Shown here: positions 13,544-24,532 of the stretch, in pieces
Layout: each line of letters begins with the position of its first letter
Position numbering within the stretch: position 1 is the stretch's first letter
Assembly (NCBI RefSeq): GCF_001447785.1
Contig: NW_015161967.1
Coordinates: 483,956-547,955, forward strand
Length of the DNA: 64,000 nt
DNA from: Gekko japonicus
Lineage: Eukaryota
Direction: 5' to 3'
Made by a program: the position numbers and the translations under genes
Notes under the pieces: model-generated
Told to the model about the DNA's origin: nothing
The model's input: the letters and a program-made list of their open reading frames with translations, nothing else
The model's database searches: none

Positions 13544-14447
13544 TAGGGAAAGTGTTCCAACCCTTTTATCATGGTAGTTGCCCTTTTCTGCACTTTTTCC
13601 AGTGCTATAATATCCTTTTTGAGGTGTGGTGACTAGAACTGTACACAGTATTCCAAATGAGGTCACACCATTGATTTATACAGGGGCATTATGATACTGC
13701 CTGATTTGTTTTCAATTCCCTTCCTAATAATCCCCAGCATAGCATTGGCCTTTTTTATTGCAGTCGCACACTTTCTCGACCTTTTCAGTGAGTTATCTAC
13801 TACGACTCCAAGATCTCTCTCTTGGTCAGTCTCTGCCAGTTTGGACCCATCATTGTGTATTTATAGTTATGTGCATCACTTTGCACTTAGCCACATTGAA
13901 CCCCATTTGCCCCGTTAACGCCCACTTGCCCTTCCTGAACAGATCCTTTTGGAGTGCCTCACAGTCCTCCCTGCTTTTCACAACACTTTTGTGTCATCTG
14001 CAAATTTAGCAGCTTACTCCCAGCTCCAAATCATTAATTAACAAGTAAAAAGCATCGGACCCAATAATGATCCTTGCGGTACCTCACTGCTTACCACCCT
14101 CCACTGAGAAAACTGTCCATTTATACTCTCTGTTTCCTATTAATTAGCCAGGTTTTGATCCACAAATGGACTTGTCCTTTTATCCCATAACCACTGAGCT
14201 TGCTTAGGAGCCTTTGATGAGGAGCTTTATCAAAAGCTTTTTGGAAGTCAAAGTAACAACATCTATTGGGTCCCCCTTGTCCACATGTTTGTTCACTCCC
14301 TCAAAGAACGCTAACAGGTTAGTGAGACAAGATCTTCCCTTACAGAACCCATGCTGAGTCTTCCTCAATAGTTTTTGTTCATCTATGTGCCTATTAATTC
14401 TTTCCTTAATAATAGTTTCCACCAACTTACCCGGTATCGATGTCAGA
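13544..14447 (-). mobile_element. CR1 ORF2 (RT region) fragment
   Basis: Minus-strand LTSIPGKLVETIIKERINRHIDEQKLLRKTQHGFCKGRSCLTNLLAFFEGVNKHVDKGDPIDV, plus downstream HLEYCVQFW-like and QKRATTMIKGLEH motifs, with frameshifts. Confidence 0.92.
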
Positions 14448-15154
14448 CTTTTTAAAGATGGGAGTGGCATTAGCTTTCTTTCTCTGCTCCCCCCACCTCA
14501 AGCCTACTCAGGGAGGGGAACACTGGCTGGGGAAGGGAAGACCAATTGGGGAGGCATGCCACCCTGCTGGGAACCGCACAATATATGTGAAAGAGCTACA
14601 TGTGGCTCCCGAGTCATAGTTTGGCCACATCTGGACCATGCCACCTTCCCTTGTATACAAGTATACTTGTTTAGCAAGTTTCTCACTGTTTCTGTTTTGG
14701 TCTATGTTGGTGGCACTTCAGCAGCATTTTCTTCTGCTTTGACATGTCCACGCTTGAACTTGTAATGTAAATGGTCAACTTAGACAGTTTTTACTTTGGT
14801 GTGTGTGTGTGTGTGTGTGTAAAGCTAAATAGGCATTTGATACACTTGCATAAAAAATTGCTTTCCATGCTTTAAAAGGGGCAGACATATTTAATTGCAG
14901 AATTCTTGTAGATTCTTTTGGGAGAGGTTAGAAGTGACATATTTCACCAGGGCTGAAGTCAGTGCTTCTGTTTGAGGTCAGTGAGTGGGGAGGAAGGGTA
15001 AAGGGGGGGAGGCGATTGACACATAAACTCAACCCCAGTTTGTCTCTTTCCAGAGCCAAATTACAAATCCTTCCAGTAAACAGTGACCAGAATGGTGTTT
15101 TTATGAAGTTGTTTGAAATTTCTTCAGAAAATATGGGTAAAATCCTGTACAGAA

Positions 15155-15155
<1 letters not shown>

Positions 15156-15197
<42 letters not shown>

Positions 15198-15225
15198 ATA
15201 ATAATAATAATAATAATAATAATAA
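15156..15225. repeat. Compound microsatellite (CAT)n(AAT)n
   Basis: Read directly from the sequence. Confidence 0.95.
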
Positions 15226-16049
15226 GTGATTGATTGCGGGGACCTTTATTTCTTCCCATTTCTTCATCTGATTTATCGTAAGCATTCTCTTTTATGATTG
15301 GAACGTTTGGGTCGCTGCCTTTGCTTTCTTTGGCTTGCCACAGATGAGAGCCTTGAATATTCCTTCCCATTTTTGATTCAATAGCACATGACAAGGGAAT
15401 CCAATTTGTTCAGATTTAGATGACATGCCTCCAATTATGTAATTCCATTAGGAGCTGCCGGCAGCCGTGCCCGGGCACGCAGGCTCGGCAAGCAGAGCCA
15501 TAATAGGACGTGTTGCAATCGCCGTGTGGTAAGCACAGTGCTGATAGAGAGCATGACCTGCCTCTCCAAGTTGCATTTCTGGGGATGGAGGAGGTGAGGA
15601 ATGGTTTTGCTGCGCTGAGGGCTCTAATCCGGCAATAAGTTATGTCACGGCAACAACAAAGCCTCCCAGTGTTAAGGTGAAACTGTAATGGTCGTAATGT
15701 TTTATGCATTTGAAATGTGTAGACTGTGAATGCCACTGTTTGAATACACCCTCTGTTTTCACTCCTAGGAATGAAAGATCTATGTCTAAGTTGCCTCCAT
15801 ATTCTCTCATAGCTCATAGGCTCCATGATGGCTTAACAGCTCTTACTTTAGGTGGCTTTAAAAAGGAAGGGGGTATTAGAGACATTCCTGGAGCACAGGC
15901 CAATTTGTTTATTCATTAAAGTTGCCTTTCTCTGGGGATTCAAGGCGGCTTAGGAAAGCCACACCAAGTTGTAATAGAATAATAAATCAACAGTGGCTAT
16001 TGGCCAGGATGGCTTCATGGAGCCTCTATGTGCAACAGCAATATACCTT

Positions 16050-16291
16050 TTTTGATATTTTTGCTTTTTTTGTGTGTGTGCCTATGTGCCTGTGCCTGGA
16101 AGTCATGGTGACCTCTGGAAACACCTACTGGGGCATGGAGGACGTTCAGAGAAGTGGCTGGATAGCCTGTCTCTGCCTTCCGACCCTGGTATTCTCTGGA
16201 GGTCTCCCATCCAAGTACTTGCCAGAGTCGGCCTTGCTTAGCTTCCAAGATCTGACGAGATCGGGCTTGCTTGGGCTATCCAGGTCAGGGC
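16050..16291 (-). mobile_element. Full-length 5S rRNA-derived SINE with A-rich tail, inserted in an old CR1 3' UTR
   Basis: Reverse complement GCCCTGACCTGGATAGCCCAAGCAAGCCCGATCTCGTCAGATCTTGGAAGCTAAGCAAGG..GTACTTGGATGGGAGACC. Flanked by the direct repeat AACAGCAATATACCTT (16034-16049 and 16292-16307). Confidence 0.88.
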
Positions 16292-16406
16292 AACAGCAAT
16301 ATACCTTGGAATGCCAGGTCCTGTGGGCAAGGGCTGCTGACATAAAACCTTTGCTTGCAGACTTGTGAAAGCAGTCTGACTGGCAGCTGTAGTTAATTAA
16401 AAGTGG

Positions 16407-16495
16407 CAGTGCAGTCCTAAAAGGAGTTATACCCTTCTACATCCATGGACTTCAGTGAATATAGAAGGGTTGCAGCACAGCTTCAGGTTGCACTA
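16407..16495. mobile_element. ~90-bp palindromic element (AGTGCA.TCCTAA...ACCCTTCTA / TAGAAGGGT...TTGCACT)
   Basis: Imperfect hairpin. A related copy lies at ~62710-62797. Confidence 0.6.
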
Positions 16496-17516
16496 TGAGT
16501 TTCTAGCCCAGGTAGGGTTTTCTCTCAGATGGTACTCAGTTATTGAATATTGTCCCCACAAAGGCTATAGTGCCAAGTCTGCTAAGTTCCTGGTGCCAAC
16601 TAGGAATGTCCTTGTTTACCCAGGCTTTCTGATTGAGTATTTTTAATTTTAAATGTTTTTTTTTAAATAGTATGTAAGCATCGTGAAGCATCCCTGGTGC
16701 AGAGAGCAGGATAGCAATTATTAAAATGAACAAATACTGTTGGAATCAGAGTGCTGCACTAGGCAGACATTGGTCTGATCCTGCAGAGGTGATGCTTCTG
16801 TATCTTTTGTTGTTTTTACCATGTTTATCAGCCCAAAGCTGAAACCCAAAGCAGCTTGTAGGAATCAAAATCTAAGACAAATTAAAGAAATTATATAGCC
16901 ATTAATACTAGATAAAACTAAGAAACTTCTTAGAGGGGTGGTCTGGAGTAGTATATGGGGATTGCCCAGTTGCAAGAGGCTGTCTCCCTGCCTCCCTTCC
17001 CATGGCCTCCTCTAACCACTCCTAAGCAAGCGACAAAAGGAGACCAAGAAGACCCGTCATAATGTCCAAAGCAGAGATATGGCTGTCCAGCAAGTGTCTG
17101 CTGTGATCACAGAATCACATGCCTACTCATTTAGCGTTTCTAATGTGAAGCATCCCTCAGTGCCACTGGGAAATGGGTCTCCTGCCCCCACCCACCAACA
17201 AAAGAGAGGCTGTAGTTTGCTTTCTGGTAAATGGATTCACTCTCCATCCAGTGTGGTCCTTGAGAATTCCATTCCCCGTCGATGTGATGCATGATGGCTT
17301 GTTGTGCTCTTTTTTCCTTTGTGATGAGCAACACTGGAAGGGCTTTGTGTATTAAATGGTGGCTTGCTTGCACAAATGGACTGTCACAGGTCGAACACTG
17401 CAGGCAGAAGAACATCAGCATCCCCTTGTTGACATCAGCATTGTCATGGAGTCATTTCTCACATTCAGCCACTAGAGTCTGGTTCACATGTGCCCGTACA
17501 TCACTTGCTTGCCCTT

Positions 17517-17770
17517 GAGAGCCAGTTTGGTGTAGTGGTTAAGAGTGGTGGACTCTAATCTGGGGGACCAGGTTTGATTCCCCACTCCTCCATATGCAGC
17601 CAGCTGGGTAACTTTGGATCAGTCACAAGTTCTCTCAGAGCTGTTCTCTCAAGAGCTCTCTCAGCCCCACCTACCTGTTGTGGGCAGAGGAAAGGAAGGA
17701 GATTGTAAGCTGCTCTGAGACTCTTGAGTGGAGGGTAGGGTATAAATCCAACTCTTCTTCCTCTTCTTTT
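17517..17770 (+). mobile_element. Squam3-like tRNA-derived SINE
   Basis: GAGAGCCAGTTTGGTGTAGTGGTTAAG (A box), GGTTTGATTCCCCACT (B box), CTCTCAGCCCCACCTACC core and (TCT)n tail. Confidence 0.85.
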
Positions 17771-18119
17771 CTTTTTCAGTTGTGCATTTGATATTTTGCC
17801 TTGTCTCTACATGTAGCAGAATGTGGTATTAGAATCCTAGGTGGCTAGAGTGGACTGTACTACTTCAGGTTGCAGTGAGAGGGCAAATGACTTTTTTGAA
17901 TGTGACCCTGTGTGTGTGCACACACACTTAAAAAAAAAAGCACTTCTCCCTGCAAAAAGTAAAATAGCACGTCAGGGAGAATAGCTTAAGCCGAGCCTGT
18001 GTTGTGCTTCATTCAAAATAGGATTTTTCCCTGTTCTACCTGTGTCAGGACTCTACCACTTAATTTCGTTCGTGGCTGACACCATCTTGGAACAGCAAAG
18101 AGCTAGAAGGGAAACTGAA

Positions 18120-18625
18120 AGGATGAAGGGGCTGAAACTAAAGAGTTGCATGGGGGAGAGGGCTCAGTTTAGAAAATAAAAGATGGCATGATAGAGGTTT
18201 ATAAAAATACACGTAGTGTGAACAGAGAGTGGGGGGCTTTTTATCCTTTCTCAGAACTTTGGGGCACTCAGCAAAGTAGGTGGACAAAAGTACCACTTTT
18301 CATAGTGCATAAATAACCTGTGGAATTCACTGCTGCATGATGCAGTTATGGACTCTTGTTTATATAAAACAGATTCCTGTCTATGTATCATATTTTTATC
18401 CTTTCCTTTCTCCACAAAGTTGAGGGCAGTATATGTGGTGTCTCCTCCTTCATTTTATCCTCACAACAACCCTGGGAGGTAGATGAGGCTGAAAGAAACT
18501 GGCCTCAGGAAACCCAGCAAGATTCTTGTCAGATAGGCCCATCGATAATTTAGTCATTAGAGCTAAATGAAACCTTCAGGTTGAAAAGCAATATGTCTTT
18601 GAATGCCAGTTGCTGAGAGGGCAAA
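18120..18625 (+). mobile_element. Old CR1 3' fragment with a nested minus-strand MIR/Squam3-like SINE (~18393-18525)
   Basis: ATGATAGAGGTTTATAAAA and CTGTGGAATTCACTGC are CR1 motifs. TTTTATCCTCACAACAACCCTGGGAGGTAG is a SINE core. Confidence 0.6.
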
Positions 18626-19345
18626 GTGTCCATTTAGGATGATCTTAGTGAAGGCCAGGCACAAAGTTAAGATAAGCCCTTATGACATCCTCATAATGTT
18701 CAGAGACAGAAGAGGAGCCATGCATGATTTCCCAGAGAAAGTTTCCTCTGAGTAATTGCTGCAACGATACCACAAGCCAAACAGCGGCTTCCTTTTCAGC
18801 TGGCGCTCATGGCGGTGAAGATAGATGAAGGCATTCAACAGAGAGCCTTACAAAGATTAAGTTTTCTTTCCCGCAGACCATTTCAATGAGAGCTAGTTCG
18901 ATTTGGGCCATGGTTATTGCATATCATGAAAGGGAAATGGCTTCATTAAGTGGAAATGTACACAGGCATAGTGCCAGTTTGCATTCTTGGTGTATGTTTT
19001 TGTATTCTCCAAGCCGATTAGATAATTTTGGAAGATTTCCCTGCTGAAGGTAGTGGATGCTTGATTAAGTCTGGGGTCAGTTTAAATGATGATGTTGCTC
19101 GCCTGGCATTAGTGTTGTATTTCTGTACATCATTAGCAACTTCTGCCCAGTGCCTTGAAGGGTCTATCTTATGATAAGTGACTCACTGCAAGGTATGTCT
19201 TTTCATCTGCAAAGTGCTGCTGGTTGTGTCAGCCCACTGTGCTGGCCCACTGTGACCTTTCACTTCCCGTATTTAACATTATTACAGCCTGAGCATTTTT
19301 GTGCATATAGGGTTTGCCCACAACTGCATTGCTTGATGGATTTTG

Positions 19346-19632
19346 TAATCTGTCATTTCTACATCCAAAGGTATTCAATTCTTCTACATGTGTAATATGT
19401 GTAACATGTTAGAAATATACTTATTTAATTTTGAAAAAAATGTATATTCTCCCCCCTTCCTGCTATTAAAACAGCATAGAAAGTTAATCTGTCATTTCTA
19501 CATCCAAAGGTATTCAATTCTTCTGCATGTGTAACATGTGTAACATGTGTAACATGTTAGAAATATACTTATTTAATTTTGAAAAAAATGTATATTCTCC
19601 CCCCTTCCTGCTATTAAAACAGCATAGAAAGT
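19346..19632. repeat. Tandem duplication, ~139 and ~148 bp units
   Basis: TAATCTGTCATTTCTACATCC...GCATAGAAAGT occurs twice (from 19346 and 19485). The second copy carries an extra GTAACATGT. Confidence 0.95.
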
Positions 19633-20094
19633 AGCTTATGACAAAATAAAGACAGGCAAAAATTAAACTTAATCAGAAGATAAAAGTAATAATTAAAAAT
19701 TCATAAGAAACTGACAACAGCCAATACAAAAAAAATCATAGATAAAAGGTTAAATAAACCCATAAAACCAGCAAAATCAGGCCTGATTCAAAGAACCCAT
19801 TGAACAAATGAAAAACAAAGAACTCAGAAGATAAATCCATCAAATGCTCTCCGAAAACAAAGTAGTCTCAACCAACTTCTGCCAGGTCAAAAGCAAAAGG
19901 GGGCTTTCTTGAGGAAAATAATTCTGAGGTCCACTGCCAAGGAAGGCCTTGTTCCACATACTCAAGTCTGGTCGCTTAGTAACTACAGGCTACAAAGCCC
20001 ATAATGCAGTGTGACTGAAAGAAAAATGTAGTTGTGACAAGGAGTCCTGTTTAGAATTGTATTAAGGGTTAAATTGTATTATTGTATTAACTGT

Positions 20095-20167
20095 AAGGGA
20101 TTGTAAGCCTCTCTGAGACTCCTTTGGGTAGTGAAGGGCGGGTATAAACCCAATCTCTTCTTCTTCT
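20095..20167 (+). mobile_element. Squam3-like SINE 3' fragment
   Basis: GATTGTAAGCCTCTCTGAGACTCC..AGTGAAGGGCGGGTATAAACCCAATCTCTTCTTCTTC. Confidence 0.75.
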
Positions 20168-21307
20168 AAAAATACAGCATTGCTTTGAAACCAGCTGGAA
20201 TCAGCATAAGCAGTGCATATACTGTCAAATCGTTCACTGTTTTAGGAATCTCTTTCATCTGAGAACCACAGATTTTGCCACACATTATGCTTTTAGTAGA
20301 ATATGTTGTATGCCTCTTTCTACCCTCTTCTTTGTAGCATGCATTTTCTCACAAACCCATTTTATTTTGCTCTTCTTCCTAAAAGAAGCGATAGTAGCAG
20401 ATTTGCAAGATTTTCTCTCTCCCTCCAGCATGCCTCTGCTGTGGTTCTCTGAAGATGCCTGTAATTATGTTGTCTCTTTATGTCTTTCCTTCTAAATTAT
20501 CTTGATGCTGTGAAGGAGAGCAGCAGATACTAATAAAATAAGGTCAGCTGTCTGCTGCAGCATGTAACTATTTTCAGCACAGGAGCAAATTGTTGCTACC
20601 TCTAGAGGACAGAGAACCACATTTGCATCTCCCAGCGCTGGCCCGCAGAGAGAGTTCAGAAGCAGTACTTGACAGGCCTCTTAGGAGACACCCATTTAGA
20701 TATTTTCAACTCGAATAGAAGAATGTGAAGCCTCCAGGGCATAAGGGACAAAGCAGAAACACAAAGGTGTAGGTGAAGAGATGCACACCAATCTTTTGGG
20801 TCCCAGCACAGGTAAACAGAGCTATTCCCTGAGGGGTGGTAGTGAAGTAAACAAGTTTACTAACTGAGCTTCTTTTTGGGAATGAAGGTTGTGTTGCCTT
20901 ATGCTGAAGAACTCAGCAATGAACTCTTGCATACTTATGATTATGTATGGAAAAAGGTTTGGGTTCTCCATTAGTTAGATGGTCGGGTAACATTAATATT
21001 CATAGCTAAGCAAGGACTGGTAGAGAATAAGGCTTGGTTTTAGGAGTCTTGTTTTTTGGAAATGTTTCTTCCATGGACACTCTGAGCACATCATGCTCTC
21101 TGACCTAGTTCAGATATCTGTGTTCCCATGCTCTGGAGGATCAGGAATCTGATAGGTTCATATATTCCTTGGCCCCCCTGCACACTCCAATGTATTTCAT
21201 ACCCTGGTTTAGTGGCCATGTTTGGACATCACATTGGACTGTTGTTTGCTTAGACATAGAAGGTAAAGAATCAGAGCAGGGGAGGAGGAAAACAGAGCGC
21301 ATGAAAA

Positions 21308-21554
21308 CGCATGGCACAACGTATTCCTGATCCTCTAAGCAATGACCTGTGAATTGGTAATATGGGGAGTGGTTCCTCCCCCCCTCCACTCCACTAAGCA
21401 AGGTTTATGTATTTATTTATATATTTAAATACGCGCATGGCACAACGTATTCCTGTTCCTCCAAGCAATGACCTGTGGAATTGGTAATATGGGGAGTGGT
21501 TCCTCCTCCACTCCACTAAGCAAAGTTTATGTATTTATTTATATATTTAAATAC
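21308..21554. repeat. Tandem duplication, ~123 bp units
   Basis: CGCATGGCACAACGTATTCCTG...TATTTAAATAC occurs twice with several substitutions and indels. Confidence 0.93.
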
Positions 21555-23662
21555 ATCCCACCTTTCCTTTTGGCTCAAGTTTGAAGCCTGCTTCCAGTCT
21601 GAGGAGACCTACTTCTATCGAATAATGAGCCACTTGAGTTTGGGGAAGGGTCCTTAGGCTGGAGGAGGGGTACTTAGAGAATAGATGGATCTAACCTATG
21701 ATGTCTGAAGCAGACCTCTGTTCAGCATTCCTTATCTTGGTCTTGCATGGCTATTCTGAGAACCAAGGCATTTCTGCAAAGTAGCATTTTTAATGTGTGA
21801 TATAAACGCTAAATACTACCATTGCTCAGGGCTACTGGGTTTTAATAGGTTGGTGGAGGACAATTTTAATCTGCGGAACTGTAATTTAACAGCATACTCT
21901 GAGCTTTAAAAAAAGTTTGTTTTGATTTTTGTGTATTATTGTAGAATGAAAAAGAAAAATCACAGCCTTTTATTTTGTTGGATCTAGAGAATGACTTCGA
22001 GTGCAGCCACCAAGAACACCCATCTCTGCATGCGTTTGCACTTAGAATCCAGATGTATGGGAAGTAGGCATGGCCAAGTATAGACTGCTCTGTCTTTACT
22101 TTTGCAGGGTAAACTTCCTGCAGTATTGTATCATGACTTGTATTTCTGGCCACTCTAAGCCATTATTTTTTTTAAGCTGACATATAATATTATTTCCTTG
22201 TGCACTTAAACATATAATGTGAATTCTAACCTGTGTGTGCTTTGCAAACATGTACCATCCATCCATCTAGCTGGCTGCACCTCCTCCATGTCGAGTGTTT
22301 ACTTTGTGTCAGACTTGGGTCTATTCCCATGTGTCTCCTGAAATGGTCCTTAGGGTAGCCCCCCCCCCCCAGTCACTTAATGCTGATTGTGTATTTCTGT
22401 TCTGAGCATGTGTATAACACTGTTGCTGATAGTGAAGTATAAAGATGCAAGCACTTTATTCCAGGGGAAAAGGTGTATATGCTCAAATAGCCTGGTTTTC
22501 TTCCTGATTTTCAAAGCTGCTTCCCCAAGTTTCTTTTGACTTTTTTCGTTGGGAGGGGGGAGGGTGATGCACGTCAGGATGCAGTGCTTGATGATCAGTA
22601 AGCAGTAAAATTTGTCGGGGGACATGGTTGCCTTGCAGAGAATTCAGGGCACCATCTGTTCCATTCCTTGCTTGCAGTAACATTTGTACTTGGTAATTAA
22701 AATGTCAGGGAAACATTTTTGTTTTCTCAGATAACTTGATGCAAAGGATGGTGTGCTATCTTTTTGAAATGTTAAGTTGGAAAGAGGACCTTGCAGACTA
22801 AGAGCCATCCTAGGAGCCACATTGGAAAGGGAAAGATGTTGCTAACTTATCCAGAGCGAGTGGCCATGGCATAGTGGCTACGAGAATGAGCTGCCATGGG
22901 GAGCTCTGGGAAGTGAACATGGAATTTTGAATGGCAGTTGTGAGTCAGTTAAAACAGGAAAGTCTGAGGTAAAACTTGGCTGTGTAATATTCAGAAGTCC
23001 TCTTCATGTGTTGTCATAATTCCAGGGTACCCACAAGCTGGAGTAGTTCTGGGACAGGTCTGTCTTGTGGCTCTCTACAGGCTGAATTTAGGCAAGATGC
23101 TGTGAAGGCGTTTGGTGGGCCTCATTCTCCTTCCTTTGTTTCACATTGTTAGTTCAACATAAAATCATACACTGTTTACCTCAGACGGCCTTCACAATAT
23201 TCCTGCAGTATGTTACAGCACACCCTGAGAGTTTAGAGAATTTTGGGATTTGGAGGGTGTATATTTTCTTCTGCAAGTTGTTGTTAGTTCCCAGTTTGCA
23301 GTAGTAACAGTAGCCTTACTGTTACTTTGTTTGTAGCTAAGGAAAAGCTTCATTCTTCCCACCATCCCTTTATTGTGGTACCATCTTAGTTGGATGATAT
23401 TCTCAACTGCTGCCCAAACATGGGCTCTTTTAGCCATTGCCCAGTCCTGTGGAATCAGCTGCCAGAAGAAGTCAGGAAAGCACCCTCCCTCCTGCTTTTC
23501 AGGACATTCTACAAGACAACATTATTCCAAAGAGCCATTGGCTAGATGTTGAGGTTTATGGTGAAAGGCTGTCAGCTTTCTTTGTTGGTTGGTTGGCTGA
23601 TAGACTGTGTAGCCAGTGGTTTTTAAATTTTGCAGAGTTGATATGTTGTTATGCTTTTATAT

Positions 23663-23875
23663 CCTGCCAACCTAGCAGTTTGAAAGCAAGAAATTGCAAG
23701 TAGATAAATAGGGAAGGTAACAGCATTCCGTGTCCCTTGGCGTTTAGTCATGCTGGCCACATGACCACGAATAAGTCTTTGGACAGTGCTGGCTCTTCAG
23801 CTTGGAAACAGAGATGAGCACCGCCCCCTAGAGTCGAATTTGACTGGCTTTTGAGCAAGGGAAACCTTTACCTTT
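23663..23875 (+). mobile_element. 5'-truncated Sauria SINE
   Basis: Colinear with the 3' half of 39571-39925, with an ACCTTTACCTTT tail. Direct repeat TTATGCTTTTATAT at 23649-23662 and 23874-23887. Confidence 0.85.
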
Positions 23876-24309
23876 ATGCTTTTATATTGTGAACTGCCTT
23901 GGACCCGTCTTTTTCCAGGGGGAAGGTAGGCTACAAATATCGTAAATAAATAATGAAGCTCCTCTGCTTTTTGTGCTCTGGAGGTCCTTTCCCTGCAAAG
24001 TGGCTCAAAGGAAGGGGAAGTCTAGACATAGCACATTTGGAATGTCTCATTATGCCTCCCTTACGCATCCCATCCATTTCTCCAGGGAGCTCAAGGTGGT
24101 GCCAATCCTATCAGGGCTGAATGAGGATTCCAAAATGAGTCTCCACTGTCTGAGATTCTGTCACAAATCAAACCAAGAAACAACCATGCTGACTCTCCAG
24201 TGGCTTCTCCCACTATGAAACTCTCTTAGCCAGGGACTATTATCAGTTAAGCAAACTGGGCACATGGACTGCTCTACAGTCCTCCACTCAGCCCTGATTT
24301 TAAGTGGGG

Positions 24310-24532
24310 TCCTGCTGAATCAGGCCAGTGGTCCATCTAGTCTAGCATCCTGTTTCACACAGTGGCCAGTCCATTGCCCTGAAAGGCCAACAAGGAGGGC
24401 ACAGAGGCCAAGGCTTTCCCCTGATGTTGCCTCTTGGCACTGGTATTCAGAAATGTATTGCTTCTAAATGTCTAATCACTTCTTAAAGCCATCTGTACTC
24501 ATTGTCATCGCTGTATCCCCTGGCAATGAGTC
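24310..24532 (-). mobile_element. CR1 3' UTR fragment
   Basis: CTGCTGAATCAGGCCAGTGGTCCATCTAGTCTAGCATCCTGTTTCACACAGTGGCCA is the reverse complement of the CR1 tail seen at ~830-890. Confidence 0.75.

Larger units (their letters stand above)
12344..14633. mobile_element. Non-autonomous hAT-like transposon containing a GA-rich repeat, an assembly gap and a CR1
   Basis: Terminal inverted repeats TAGGGGTGGCCAAA (12344) and TTTGGCCACATCTG (ends 14633), with GAGCCA/TGGCTC subterminal motifs. Confidence 0.7.

Noticed and set aside
12554-13666. Long ORFs of 212-370 aa
   Set aside because: Artefacts of the N gap and the GA-rich low-complexity repeat.
14962-15394. Poly-His and poly-Asp/Ile ORFs, and a possible cassette exon at 15054-15136
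   Set aside because: The homopolymers come from the (CAT)n(AAT)n microsatellite. The putative exon is 83 nt (frame-shifting), has a weak donor, and shows no similarity to known HS6ST2 inserts.
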